Positions 20,483 through 29,412 of a stretch of DNA of 64,000 nucleotides are shown piece after piece; the first letter of the stretch is position 1, and the number at the start of each line of letters is the position of its first letter. Under the pieces are notes generated by a model. The model was not told the origin of the DNA. It saw only the letters and a list, made by a program, of their open reading frames with translations, and made no database searches. The translations under genes and the position numbers were made by a program. The DNA lies in NCBI GenBank assembly GCA_963796055.1, contig CAWCKH010000006.1, positions 64,001 through 128,000 of the forward strand, in the 5' to 3' direction. The DNA is from an uncultured delta proteobacterium. Lineage in GTDB: Bacteria; Myxococcota; Myxococcia; Myxococcales; Myxococcaceae.

Positions 20483-22552
20483 ATGGACGCGAATCCTTCG
20501 ATCTCGAGACTGAAGTTCCTGCTTCTCGGGGTCGGCCTGTCGGCCTGCTCGTGCTTCGGAACGGTGGGCCTGGCCACCAGCACGACTGACGGCGGCGGTG
20601 GTGGTGGCGGAGGAGTGGTCTCCATCGCCGTCAACCCGACCTCGGTGGCGGTCGCCCCGGGAGCGACGTTCAGCTTCTCCGCCGTCGTGAGCGGCGGCAG
20701 CTCCAGCGCGGTCACCTGGGCGGTCCAGGAGGCCGGGGGCGGCACCATCGACCCGGGCGGCAAGTACACCGCTCCGGCCACCGAGGGTAACTACCACGTG
20801 GTCGCGACCAGCGTGGCGGACACCTCGAAGAGCGCCGCGTCCTCGGTCGCGGTCACCGTGCTCACCGCGCTCGGGCCCGACCGCCTCACGGTGTGGAACC
20901 CCGGGGTGTCGGGAGGCATCCCCAACCGGACGACGGTGTGCCGGACGGTGAACTCGCCGGGCAGCTCCGACGCCACCGCCCTCATCCAGGCGGCCATCGA
21001 CGCCTGTCCCGCAGGCCAGGTGGTGCAGCTTGGCCCGGGAACCTTCACCATCGGCACCACCGGCGGCTACCTCCTCATCAACAAGGGCATCACCCTCCGC
21101 GGCGCCGGGCCGGGGCAGACCACCCTGCAGAAGACCAACGGCGCCAGGCCCAACACCGAGACCCCCGGACCCAACCCCTCGCCCATCGTCATCATCGGCG
21201 CCGCCCGCTACGACAGCCTCTCCTCCAGCTCCACCGACCTCACCGCCGACGCCGTCAAGGGCAGCAACTCCGTCACCGTCGCCAACGCCTCCGCCTTCTC
21301 CGCCGGACAGTTCGTCCTCCTCGACGAGCTCTCCGGCTCCGGCTGGCAGACCGACCCCGCCGGGCGCGGGCAGATCTGGGCCTCTCCCGACTTCCAGGTG
21401 GTCTGGCAGCGCCACAACCCGCCCCAGGGCTCCGACGACCCCTTCCCCGACGCCTTCAGCTGGTTCTGCCGCGCCGACCGCCCCACCACCGAAATCAAGC
21501 AAATCGACCACGTCAGCGGAAACACCATTTTCTTCAACACGCCCATCCACATCGCCTACCGCACCTCTCACTCCGCCCAGCTCACCACCTTCAGCTACCC
21601 CTTCGTCCAGCACGCCGGCCTCGAGGCCTTGAAGGTCATCGGAGGGGATGACGGCAACGTCCGCTTCCAGTGGACCGCCAACTCCTGGGCCAAGGACATC
21701 GACAACGACACCTGGTTCGGCGAGGGCTTCGCCCTCGAGCGCTGCTTCCGCGTCGAGATTCGCGAGTCCTACGTCCACGACGCCGCCTGGGCCCAGCCCG
21801 GAGGCGCCGGCTACGCCATCAGCCTCGCCTGGGGCACCTCGGAGGCGCTGGTGGAGAACTCCATCATCGTCAAGGCCAACAAGGTGATGGTCGGCCGCTC
21901 CTCCGGAGCTGCCTCGGTCTTCGGTTACAACTACGTCGACGACGGCTACATCAACACCAACACCGGGTGGATCGAGGTCGGGCTGAACGCCTCACACATG
22001 GTGGGGCCGCACCACGTGCTCTTCGAGGGGAACTACGGCTTCAACTGGGACTCGGACCAGACGCACGGCAACTCCATCTACCACACGATTTTCAGGAACC
22101 ACCTCTCCGGCGTGCGGCGTGACTTCACCGACGGCGGGCCGAAGCGCTGCGCAGGCGCGATGTTCTATTCCTACTTCCACAGCTTCATCGGCAACGTGAT
22201 GGGGCGAGCTGGACAGATGGGCGGCTGGGTCTACGAGAGCGGCGACATGGACACCCCGAGCATCTACAAGCTCGGCTGGGACGGTCAGCCGCCCTACCCG
22301 GTGGACCCGCGGGTCACCGCCACCGCCGTCCGCCACGGCAACTTCGACTACGTCACCAGCTCGGTGAAGTGGGAGCCCACTGTTCCGGAGCAGAGCCTGC
22401 CGAGCTCGCTCTACCTCACTCACAAGCCTGCGTTCTTCGACGCCGGCCGAGGCTACACCTGGCCCTGGGTGGACCCGGTGGGGACGACGAAGCTCTACAC
22501 CCTTCCGGCGAAGGCCCGCTTCGAGGCCGGCACCCCATTCGTCCAGCCCTGA
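20483..22552 (+). CDS. Secreted protein with Ig-like domain and beta-helix (pectin lyase fold); putative polysaccharide lyase or hydrolase
   Basis: Signal peptide with a possible lipobox (LSA-C), Gly linker and Ig-like domain (VTWAVQEAGGGTID..GKYTAP). DATALIQAAIDACPAGQVVQLGPGTF and ITLRGAG are typical starts of beta-helix enzymes. Confidence 0.75.
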   Translation: MDANPSISRLKFLLLGVGLSACSCFGTVGLATSTTDGGGGGGGGVVSIAVNPTSVAVAPGATFSFSAVVSGGSSSAVTWAVQEAGGGTIDPGGKYTAPATEGNYHVVATSVADTSKSAASSVAVTVLTALGPDRLTVWNPGVSGGIPNRTTVCRTVNSPGSSDATALIQAAIDACPAGQVVQLGPGTFTIGTTGGYLLINKGITLRGAGPGQTTLQKTNGARPNTETPGPNPSPIVIIGAARYDSLSSSSTDLTADAVKGSNSVTVANASAFSAGQFVLLDELSGSGWQTDPAGRGQIWASPDFQVVWQRHNPPQGSDDPFPDAFSWFCRADRPTTEIKQIDHVSGNTIFFNTPIHIAYRTSHSAQLTTFSYPFVQHAGLEALKVIGGDDGNVRFQWTANSWAKDIDNDTWFGEGFALERCFRVEIRESYVHDAAWAQPGGAGYAISLAWGTSEALVENSIIVKANKVMVGRSSGAASVFGYNYVDDGYINTNTGWIEVGLNASHMVGPHHVLFEGNYGFNWDSDQTHGNSIYHTIFRNHLSGVRRDFTDGGPKRCAGAMFYSYFHSFIGNVMGRAGQMGGWVYESGDMDTPSIYKLGWDGQPPYPVDPRVTATAVRHGNFDYVTSSVKWEPTVPEQSLPSSLYLTHKPAFFDAGRGYTWPWVDPVGTTKLYTLPAKARFEAGTPFVQP
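21198..22552 (+). repeat. Long direct repeat, copy 2 (copy 1 at 1..1355)
   Basis: See copy 1; identical ORF-track peptides recur at a +21197 offset. Confidence 0.95.
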
Positions 22553-22569
22553 TCGAGCACCCCGACCGG

Positions 22570-24450
22570 ATGAGACGTCGCTGGACACGCTGGCACGTAC
22601 TCGGCGCCGTCGCGCTCGTTCTCGTGCTGGCGGTGGAGGGCCGAGCCCGCATCAAGAAGGCCGCCAGATCGGCCGTCGGATGGTGGTCGAGCCGCGCGCG
22701 CAGCAAGCAGGCCGTCCCCGAGCGTCCCTTCGGGCTGCTGGCCGCGTCGCAGGTCGGCTACGGGCCCGCGATGCAGAAGCGTTTCAGCTCGCCCCGACCG
22801 TTCCAGTCCTTCCAGGTGGTCCGGGACCCGGACGGCGCCGTCGTCCTCTCGGGCGGACCGCTGTGCGAGCTGCCCACGCCGGGGCTCGGCCCGGTGGCGA
22901 CGGTGACCCTCGGCGACTTCTCCGCGCTGGACGCGCCGGGCCGCTACCACCTGGTCGCCGGCGAGCTGAGCAGCCACTCCTTCCAGGTGGGCGCCGAGGT
23001 GTTCGACCGGCCGGTCCGCGCGGCCCAGCGCGCCTTCTACTTCCAGCGTGCATTCACCGCCATCGACCCTGCCCACGCCGAGGGCCCGTGGATCCACGGG
23101 AGCGATGCGCCGCTCGCCCCGCCGGGAGTGCGGGCCGGATGGCACGACGCCGGCGACTTCTCCATCTACAGCGCGTCGCTCAACACCGCGCTCTACTGGA
23201 TGCTCGAGGCCTACGAGGACTTCGCCCCGTCGGCCGACGACACCAACATCCCCGAGTCGGGGAACGGCATCCCCGACCTCCTCGACGAGGCCCGCTGGGG
23301 GCTGGAGTGGCTGCTCTCGACGCAGGACCCCTCGGGGGGATTCCGCAACTCGACCTGCGAGGAACGCTACGGGCCCTACGGCACGAACTGGCCGGAGCGG
23401 ATGCCGCCCTACCGGGCCGGCGAGGTGGGGACGCTGGCCACGGCGCGGGCGGTGGGCCTCCTCGCCTACGGCTCGACGGTGTGGCGGCGCTTCGACGCGG
23501 CCTTCGCCAATCGGGCGCTGCAGGCCGCGCTCGCCGGGGACCGCTACCTCCAGCAGCATCCCGAGTCCTCCGACGGCCCCACCTGTCCGCCCTACCGCGC
23601 CGACGGGGACGAGAACATCGGCCGGCACACCCGCATGCTCGCCGCCGCCGGGCTCCTCCTCGCCACCGGGGAGGCCCGCTACCGCGACGACTTCGAGCGG
23701 AGCTTCCTCCCCCTGGACCACGACCCGAGCTACATGCACACCAACGGCTTCGCCGCCCAGATCTACCTGCGCGCTCCGGGCGGCAGCCCCTCGCGCAAGG
23801 CGGCGGTCCGCGCGAGCCTGCGGGGGCGCGCCGAGTGGAGCATCGTCGAGGGACGAAGGAACGCCTTCGAGCACTCGGCCCCCACCTTCTGGGGGTCGAT
23901 CGGCGCCGGGTTCACCCGGACCGGCTCCTACAACGTCAAGCGCTGCCTCGAGCGCGGCATGCTTGCGGACTGCGACCAGGCCGCGGCCAACGTCCACTAC
24001 GCGCTCGGCCGGAACTACCTACACCTGGCGTACGTGAGCGGCCTCCCAGGAGTGACCCACGGGCGGGTCAGGGCCTTCCACCACTGGCTCGCGGCGCTCC
24101 GGGCCGAGCCCTTCCTCCCGCCGGGGCTGGTCGCCGGAGGTCCCAACGACTCTCCGGAGGCGCTCGACACCTCGAATCCTCGCGCCCGCCCGATTCCCAT
24201 CTGGGGCTACTGGGGAGATCCGGCGTTCCCCCGCAAGGCCGACACCCCCTTCGAGATGCGCTACACGGACAACGACAGCTGGTCGACGAACGAGGTCTCG
24301 CTCGACTGGCAGGCGTCGACGCTCTACAGCCTGTACTTCGCGCAGTGGGTCGCACGAAACCCCCTCACGCGGCGAGGACCGGCTCCACTTGAGCCGCCCC
24401 TCCCCGACGGTAAAGTGCCCCGGTGCGACGAGAGACCGGATCCCCGCTGA
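22570..24450 (+). CDS. Glycoside hydrolase family 9 (cellulase-like) with N-terminal Ig-like domain
   Basis: N-terminal TM/signal segment. Motifs SQVGY, FYFQR, GWHDAGD (catalytic Asp), PDLLDEARWGLEWL, LGRN and YTDNDSWSTNEVSLDW (catalytic Glu). Confidence 0.85.
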   Translation: MRRRWTRWHVLGAVALVLVLAVEGRARIKKAARSAVGWWSSRARSKQAVPERPFGLLAASQVGYGPAMQKRFSSPRPFQSFQVVRDPDGAVVLSGGPLCELPTPGLGPVATVTLGDFSALDAPGRYHLVAGELSSHSFQVGAEVFDRPVRAAQRAFYFQRAFTAIDPAHAEGPWIHGSDAPLAPPGVRAGWHDAGDFSIYSASLNTALYWMLEAYEDFAPSADDTNIPESGNGIPDLLDEARWGLEWLLSTQDPSGGFRNSTCEERYGPYGTNWPERMPPYRAGEVGTLATARAVGLLAYGSTVWRRFDAAFANRALQAALAGDRYLQQHPESSDGPTCPPYRADGDENIGRHTRMLAAAGLLLATGEARYRDDFERSFLPLDHDPSYMHTNGFAAQIYLRAPGGSPSRKAAVRASLRGRAEWSIVEGRRNAFEHSAPTFWGSIGAGFTRTGSYNVKRCLERGMLADCDQAAANVHYALGRNYLHLAYVSGLPGVTHGRVRAFHHWLAALRAEPFLPPGLVAGGPNDSPEALDTSNPRARPIPIWGYWGDPAFPRKADTPFEMRYTDNDSWSTNEVSLDWQASTLYSLYFAQWVARNPLTRRGPAPLEPPLPDGKVPRCDERPDPR

Positions 24451-25625
24451 CCGGCCACATCGCGGGCCTGGATGGCGTTCGAGGGCTGGCGATCCTGCTG
24501 GTGATGGCGTCGCACTTCCTCGGAGAGGCCACCTTCGAGACTCCGGTCCAGAAGTTCCTGGTGCGCTCGGCCAGCTACGGCGTGGTCGGCGTGGATCTGT
24601 TCTTTGTCCTTTCCGGGTTCCTGATCACCGGCCTCCTCCTCGACGCCCGGGGAACGCCGCACTACTTCAGGAATTTCTACGCGCGCCGGACGCTCCGCAT
24701 CTTCCCGCTCTACTACTTCGCGCTCGCCGTCCTGTTCTTCGTGACGCCCCTCTTCCTCAGCCCCACCCCGCTGATGGAGGCGTCCCGCGAGCATCAGATC
24801 TGGGCCTGGACGTACACCACCAACTTCTACCTCGCCCACCGGGGCACCTGGGCCTCGGTGGCCTACGTCAGCCACTTCTGGTCGCTGGCCATCGAGGAGC
24901 AGTTCTATCTGTTCTGGCCGGTGGTCGTGCTCACCTTCGGGACCACGGCGCTGCGGAGGATCTGCCTCGGCGTGGTGGCCGGTGCCCTCGCCCTCAGGCT
25001 CACCCTGGCACTGCTGGGAACGAGCCAGCTCTCCATCTCCGTGCTCACGCCCTGCCGGATGGACGCCCTCTGCATCGGCGCGCTGCTGGCGCTCCTCGTC
25101 CGGCAGCCGGAGGGGCTCCCGAAGCTCCTCCGCTCACCGGGCCGGGCGGCGCTGCTCCTCGGCGCCCTGAGCCTCGGGCTCACCCTCTTCCGGATCCGCA
25201 CCCAGCTGGCGGTGCCGGTCGTCCACCAGCTGGTGATGGCGCTGAACGCGCTGCTCTTCGGAGCGCTGATCCTCCTCGCGCTCGACGGGGCCAGCAGGGT
25301 GAGCCGAGTCTTCCGGACGCCGGTCCTCCGGTTCCTGGGCAGGTACAGCTACGGCCTCTACGTCTACCACGTGATCTTCCACTGGGGGCTCAAGGAGCGA
25401 CACGTGCTCCGCCGGCTCGACGAGCTGCTCGGAGGACATGCGCTGGCAATGGCCGCCCTGGTGCTGATCGGCTTCACCCTCTCGCTCGGCGTGGCGATCC
25501 TTAGCTACGAGCTGCTGGAGAAGCGCTTCCTGGAGCTGAAGCGGTTCTTCCCCGCCGGAGGTCAGCGCGAGGCGAGGACGGCCCCGATGAGCCTCTCCCG
25601 TCCCACCATCTCGACGATCCGCTGA
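24423..25625 (+). CDS. Acyltransferase-3 family (OafA-like) membrane O-acyltransferase
   Basis: Motifs LDGVRGLAILLV..SH, GVDLFFVLSGFLIT, FYARRTLRIFPLYY, HFWSLAIEEQFY and LGRYSYGLYVYH. Confidence 0.92.
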   Translation: MRRETGSPLTGHIAGLDGVRGLAILLVMASHFLGEATFETPVQKFLVRSASYGVVGVDLFFVLSGFLITGLLLDARGTPHYFRNFYARRTLRIFPLYYFALAVLFFVTPLFLSPTPLMEASREHQIWAWTYTTNFYLAHRGTWASVAYVSHFWSLAIEEQFYLFWPVVVLTFGTTALRRICLGVVAGALALRLTLALLGTSQLSISVLTPCRMDALCIGALLALLVRQPEGLPKLLRSPGRAALLLGALSLGLTLFRIRTQLAVPVVHQLVMALNALLFGALILLALDGASRVSRVFRTPVLRFLGRYSYGLYVYHVIFHWGLKERHVLRRLDELLGGHALAMAALVLIGFTLSLGVAILSYELLEKRFLELKRFFPAGGQREARTAPMSLSRPTISTIR

Positions 25626-26083
25626 GATTCCGGGATCGAGCTCCTCCCCTTCTCCAGCACGAGGAGCACCGCGTCGCAGACCGCGAGGATGCGGAGGGCC
25701 ATCGGGTTCTGGAGGGGGCTGTCGATGGCGATGACGAACCGCTTCCGCTCTCCGAGCGAGCTCACCTTGCTCACCGCGTTGGCCACCGCCGAGACCCGCT
25801 CCGGACTGAGCTCGAGGATGTTGACCGGCCTCAGGGCTCCGTACTGGGCCTGCCTGGCCACCTCCACCAGCTTCTCCACCAGGCGCCAGGACCGGCGCCC
25901 GTCGTCGGCGGAGATGACCGCCAGGCTGGTCCAGGGCCGGACGATGAGCAGGTGCCAGAGCGCGGTGACGCTGTAGCTCGGTGCCGGCGCCTCCTCGCGG
26001 GCGAGCCGGGCCGCGGCGTCTGCCACCGCTTCTTGTATCGGCAGCGGCGTCGGGGAACCGCTCTCTGAAGACTTGCTCGACAT
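25562..26083 (-). CDS. Stand-alone BY-kinase-like (probable pseudokinase) domain
   Basis: Directly downstream of the PCP gene. SLAVIS.. strand, VIAIDSP (Walker B-like), CDAVLLV and LIGAVL resemble the Wzc C-terminal domain. No GKS Walker A. Confidence 0.6.
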   Translation of the reverse strand: MSSKSSESGSPTPLPIQEAVADAAARLAREEAPAPSYSVTALWHLLIVRPWTSLAVISADDGRRSWRLVEKLVEVARQAQYGALRPVNILELSPERVSAVANAVSKVSSLGERKRFVIAIDSPLQNPMALRILAVCDAVLLVLEKGRSSIPESQRIVEMVGRERLIGAVLASR

Positions 26084-26143
26084 CGACCGGTGGATGGGCT
26101 CGATACCACGGACCGGCGGCGGGCCGCAGCGTCCGTGGCTTCC

Positions 26144-27631
26144 TCAGAGCTCCCGGAACTCACCCAGGAGCGGGACACCGATGACGTGCTCGACCTGCCA
26201 GTCCTCGAGCACCTTCCGGGAGGCGAGGTCCAGGAGGGCCACCCCGATGACGCCGAGGACGAAGCCGGCCACGATGCTAGCGATGATGATCAGCCCCGGC
26301 TTGGGCTTGATCGGGCCCCTCGGCAGCTGCGGCGGCTTGATCACGCTGTACCGGTACTTGAAGGCGGCCTGAGCACTGTCCTGCTGGAGGCGCGCGCCGT
26401 CGATGCGATCGAGCAGACCGTTGTAGCGGGCGATGGCATGCCGGACCTGGGTCTTGACGTACTCGATCTCCGGATCTTCAGCCTCCCGCGCGTCCTCGGG
26501 ATCCAGACCCGCCGCCAGGTCGCGGGTTCGCGCAGCCTTCAGCGCCACCTCGTCGAGGAGGCCCCGCTGCTTGAGCTCCGATTCCAGGGGCAGCAGCTCC
26601 TTCTGGAGGGCCGCCACCTGTGGCGACTCCCTCCGCAGCGCTTCCAGGCTCCCTTTCAGGTCGACCACCGCCGGATAGGTGTCGGAATAGAGCGCCTTCT
26701 GTTCCTGGAGCTTGCCTTCCAGCTCGGTGATCCGCCGACGCCGGGCGTCCTCGAGATCGGCGATCGCCCGTCGCCTGCTCTCCACCTGCACCGCCAGCTG
26801 GGAGGCCTTCGGATCGAGCGGGGTGACGGTGGGGGTCTCGACCGGTCGTCGGACGCGCTTCCCCAGCTTGAGCGCGCGCGCCGAGCGGAGCTCCTCCAGC
26901 TTCCGGCGCGACTCGTCCAGCGCCTCCTTCGCGATGGAGGCCCGGTTCTCGAGGATGGCGATGGCGTCGCCGATGCTGGAGATCTCGGCGACGTGACGCG
27001 CCTCGAGGAAGTTGTCCAGCGCCGACTCCATCAGGTTGAAGGCCAGCTGCTTGTCCGGGAAGTGGATGCCGATGGTCACCGTGCCTTCCCCGGTGGCGAC
27101 CCACATCTGCTTCTCCAGATAGCCGACGAAGGACTCGATCTTCTCGTCCCGGGTGGGGCGGCGGAAGAGCTTTTCCCAGATCGCGTCCTTCACCCTGAGG
27201 GCCGGCGCGCGCCGGAGCGGCCAGCGGTCCAACAGAGCGGTCTGGTCGATCAGGGCCACCAGGTTGTCGTGCCGGAGCACGGTCTCGGCGGCCTGCTTGG
27301 TGGGTGCATCCAGACCGCCCGGAACGGCGCGATCGGTCAACGCGGCGATCGTCTCCGCCTTCTGGGCCTGGAGGGTCGTCATCACCTCGAAGGTCTTGGG
27401 AAGCACCGCCAGGAGCGCGACGACGATCGCCACCACCCCGAGCCAGACCGACGCCAGCAGCAGCCGGTGCCGCCTCATGGCGTGGACCACCAGGAGCGCG
27501 AACCGGCCGATGGCCGACCAGTCGAAGAGGTCGACGGGGAGGGTCTCCAGCTTCCGGTTCTTGGCCCCTGGCCGGGTGGGATGCCTCATGGCCCAGGGCT
27601 CTCCATCGGCAGGGAGTGTATCATCCGCCAC
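26144..27631 (-). CDS. Polysaccharide co-polymerase / chain-length determinant (Wzc N-domain / Wzz-like)
   Basis: Two TM segments flank a long coiled coil. Pro-rich IKPPQLPRGPIKP precedes TM2, and VIGVPLLG ends the protein. Alternative start at 27589. Confidence 0.85.
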   Translation of the reverse strand: MADDTLPADGEPWAMRHPTRPGAKNRKLETLPVDLFDWSAIGRFALLVVHAMRRHRLLLASVWLGVVAIVVALLAVLPKTFEVMTTLQAQKAETIAALTDRAVPGGLDAPTKQAAETVLRHDNLVALIDQTALLDRWPLRRAPALRVKDAIWEKLFRRPTRDEKIESFVGYLEKQMWVATGEGTVTIGIHFPDKQLAFNLMESALDNFLEARHVAEISSIGDAIAILENRASIAKEALDESRRKLEELRSARALKLGKRVRRPVETPTVTPLDPKASQLAVQVESRRRAIADLEDARRRRITELEGKLQEQKALYSDTYPAVVDLKGSLEALRRESPQVAALQKELLPLESELKQRGLLDEVALKAARTRDLAAGLDPEDAREAEDPEIEYVKTQVRHAIARYNGLLDRIDGARLQQDSAQAAFKYRYSVIKPPQLPRGPIKPKPGLIIIASIVAGFVLGVIGVALLDLASRKVLEDWQVEHVIGVPLLGEFREL

Positions 27632-27633
27632 CG

Positions 27634-27810
27634 GTGAAGGCGTTCCTCCTTCTCTCCATCCTGCTGGCGACGTTCATCCTGCCGAGCCTGGTGGCGCGAG
27701 CACGCGAGCCTCGGCGCGCCCTGTGGTCGATGCTCGGAGCGCTGTTCCTGTTCGAGCTGGGCTACGGCACCTTCCTCTATTTCGTCTACCTCAAGCTCGG
27801 TTTCGGTTGA
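27634..27810 (+). CDS. Small (58 aa) two-TM membrane protein
   Basis: VKAFLLLSILLATFILPSLVARAREPRRALWSMLGALFLFELGYGTFLYFVYLKLGFG: two hydrophobic helices separated by a basic loop. The stop is 7 nt before the wzy ATG. Confidence 0.65.
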   Translation: MKAFLLLSILLATFILPSLVARAREPRRALWSMLGALFLFELGYGTFLYFVYLKLGFG

Positions 27811-27817
27811 TGTGGTC

Positions 27818-29404
27818 ATGAAGGTCCTCGAGCTGCAGCGAGAGAGGAATCCGGTGGGGTGGAGGACTCTCCTCCTCGTGGCGGTGCTCGCCGTGGCGAC
27901 GGTGGTGCTGGTCTTCGTGGGGAACGGAAACCTGGCGATCGCCCTCGCGCCCTGTCTGGCCCTCGTCCTGGTGTGCGGGATCTGGTTTCTTCCGCTGCGC
28001 ATCCCGATGCTGATGCTCTTCGTCATGGCCTGGGCGGTGGAGGCCCCGGGCGACGCGTTCGCCAGCGGGATCATCGAGACACCCTGGCGCATGGTGGGTC
28101 AGCTCCTCTGGGGAAAGCTGAACCTGGTCTTCCCCGTCGGAGCGCTGGTCATCACCGGCTTCGACCTGGTCGCTCTACTCCTCTTCGCGACCATCATTCA
28201 CCGGCACAGCCGCCACGCGACGATCGACCAGGACGGCTGGGTGGAGTCTCCGATCCCCATCGCCATCTTCGCCTGTCTCTCGCTGGTGGCGGTGGGCTGG
28301 ATGTCCTTCTACGGGCTGGCACGCGGGGGAAGCTTCCGCTTCATCCTCTGGCAGTCGATCCGCTGGCTCTACCTTCCCATCGTCTACCTCCTGATGAACC
28401 AGGCGCTCCGCGGGCCCCGGGACGCGGCGCTGGTGGGAAAGCTGCTCCTGGGAGTCGGCGTCTTCCGGGCGGGGGAGGCGATCTCCTTCCGCCTCGCGTT
28501 CCCGGTCGAGGTCCTCCCCCACTGCACGACCCACGCCGACTCGGTCCTCTTCGCCACCTGCGTCTCGGTCCTGGCAGCGATGGTCCTGGAGATGCCCGGC
28601 AAGCGCACCTATCTGCTCTGCGCCGGGCTCCTCCCGCTCTACTTGTGGGCGATGAAGGCCAACAACCGGCGGCTGGTCTGGGCAGAGCTCGGGCTGGTCG
28701 CCCTCATCTTCTGGATGATGAGCCCCTGGCGTCCGTGGAAGAAGAAGCTGGCCCGCGCCGCGGTGAGCCTCTCCCTTCCCCTGCTGCTCTACGGAGTGGT
28801 GGGGTGGAACAGCCAGAGCGCCATCTTCTCCCCGGTGAGGAAGGTCCGGTCGATGACCGACTCCAAGTCGAACACCTCGACCCTCTGGCGCGAGCTGGAG
28901 GACTACAACCTGGTCTACACCTTCCAGCAGAGCCCGGTGGTCGGTTCGGGCTTCGGCCATCCGTTCATCATGGCGATCAAGCTGCCGGACGTGGAGAACG
29001 TCTACGAGCTGGAGCGGTACATCCCCCACAACAGCGTGCTGGGCCTCTGGGCGTTCGGCGGGCTCCTGGGGTTCGCGTTGATCTGGGCGGTGTTCCCGGT
29101 GGGGATCTTCTTCACCGTCCGGGCCTACCACTGGTCCCGGACCCCGATGGAACGGGTCACCGCCCTCGGCGCCGCGGCGGTGCAGGTCTGCTACGTCGCC
29201 CAGGGGTACGGCGATCTCGGGTTCGGAAGCTGGGGGTCCATCTTCACCGTTGCCACGAGCTACGTGCTGATCGGGAAGATCTGCGTCGCCAACAAGGCCT
29301 GGGGGTCGCGCCGCGCGCTGCGCGAGGCCGCGGAGGAGGACAGCCGGAATTTCCCGGTCCGCTCCCCGGTCGAGGTCTTGACCGGGCTGCCACCGGGCTC
29401 CTGA
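27818..29404 (+). CDS. Wzy-type polysaccharide polymerase (O-antigen ligase-like fold)
   Basis: About 12 TM segments. NNRRLVW, S..WRELEDYN, PVVGSGFGH and PHNSVLGLWAFGG (Wzy_C-type HN motif). Confidence 0.82.
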   Translation: MKVLELQRERNPVGWRTLLLVAVLAVATVVLVFVGNGNLAIALAPCLALVLVCGIWFLPLRIPMLMLFVMAWAVEAPGDAFASGIIETPWRMVGQLLWGKLNLVFPVGALVITGFDLVALLLFATIIHRHSRHATIDQDGWVESPIPIAIFACLSLVAVGWMSFYGLARGGSFRFILWQSIRWLYLPIVYLLMNQALRGPRDAALVGKLLLGVGVFRAGEAISFRLAFPVEVLPHCTTHADSVLFATCVSVLAAMVLEMPGKRTYLLCAGLLPLYLWAMKANNRRLVWAELGLVALIFWMMSPWRPWKKKLARAAVSLSLPLLLYGVVGWNSQSAIFSPVRKVRSMTDSKSNTSTLWRELEDYNLVYTFQQSPVVGSGFGHPFIMAIKLPDVENVYELERYIPHNSVLGLWAFGGLLGFALIWAVFPVGIFFTVRAYHWSRTPMERVTALGAAAVQVCYVAQGYGDLGFGSWGSIFTVATSYVLIGKICVANKAWGSRRALREAAEEDSRNFPVRSPVEVLTGLPPGS

Positions 29405-29412
29405 CCGCCCGC

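Noticed and set aside
1..22552. Diversity-generating retroelement (template/variable repeat pair)
   Set aside because: Differences between the copies are not adenine-specific, both copies are coding, and no reverse transcriptase is present.
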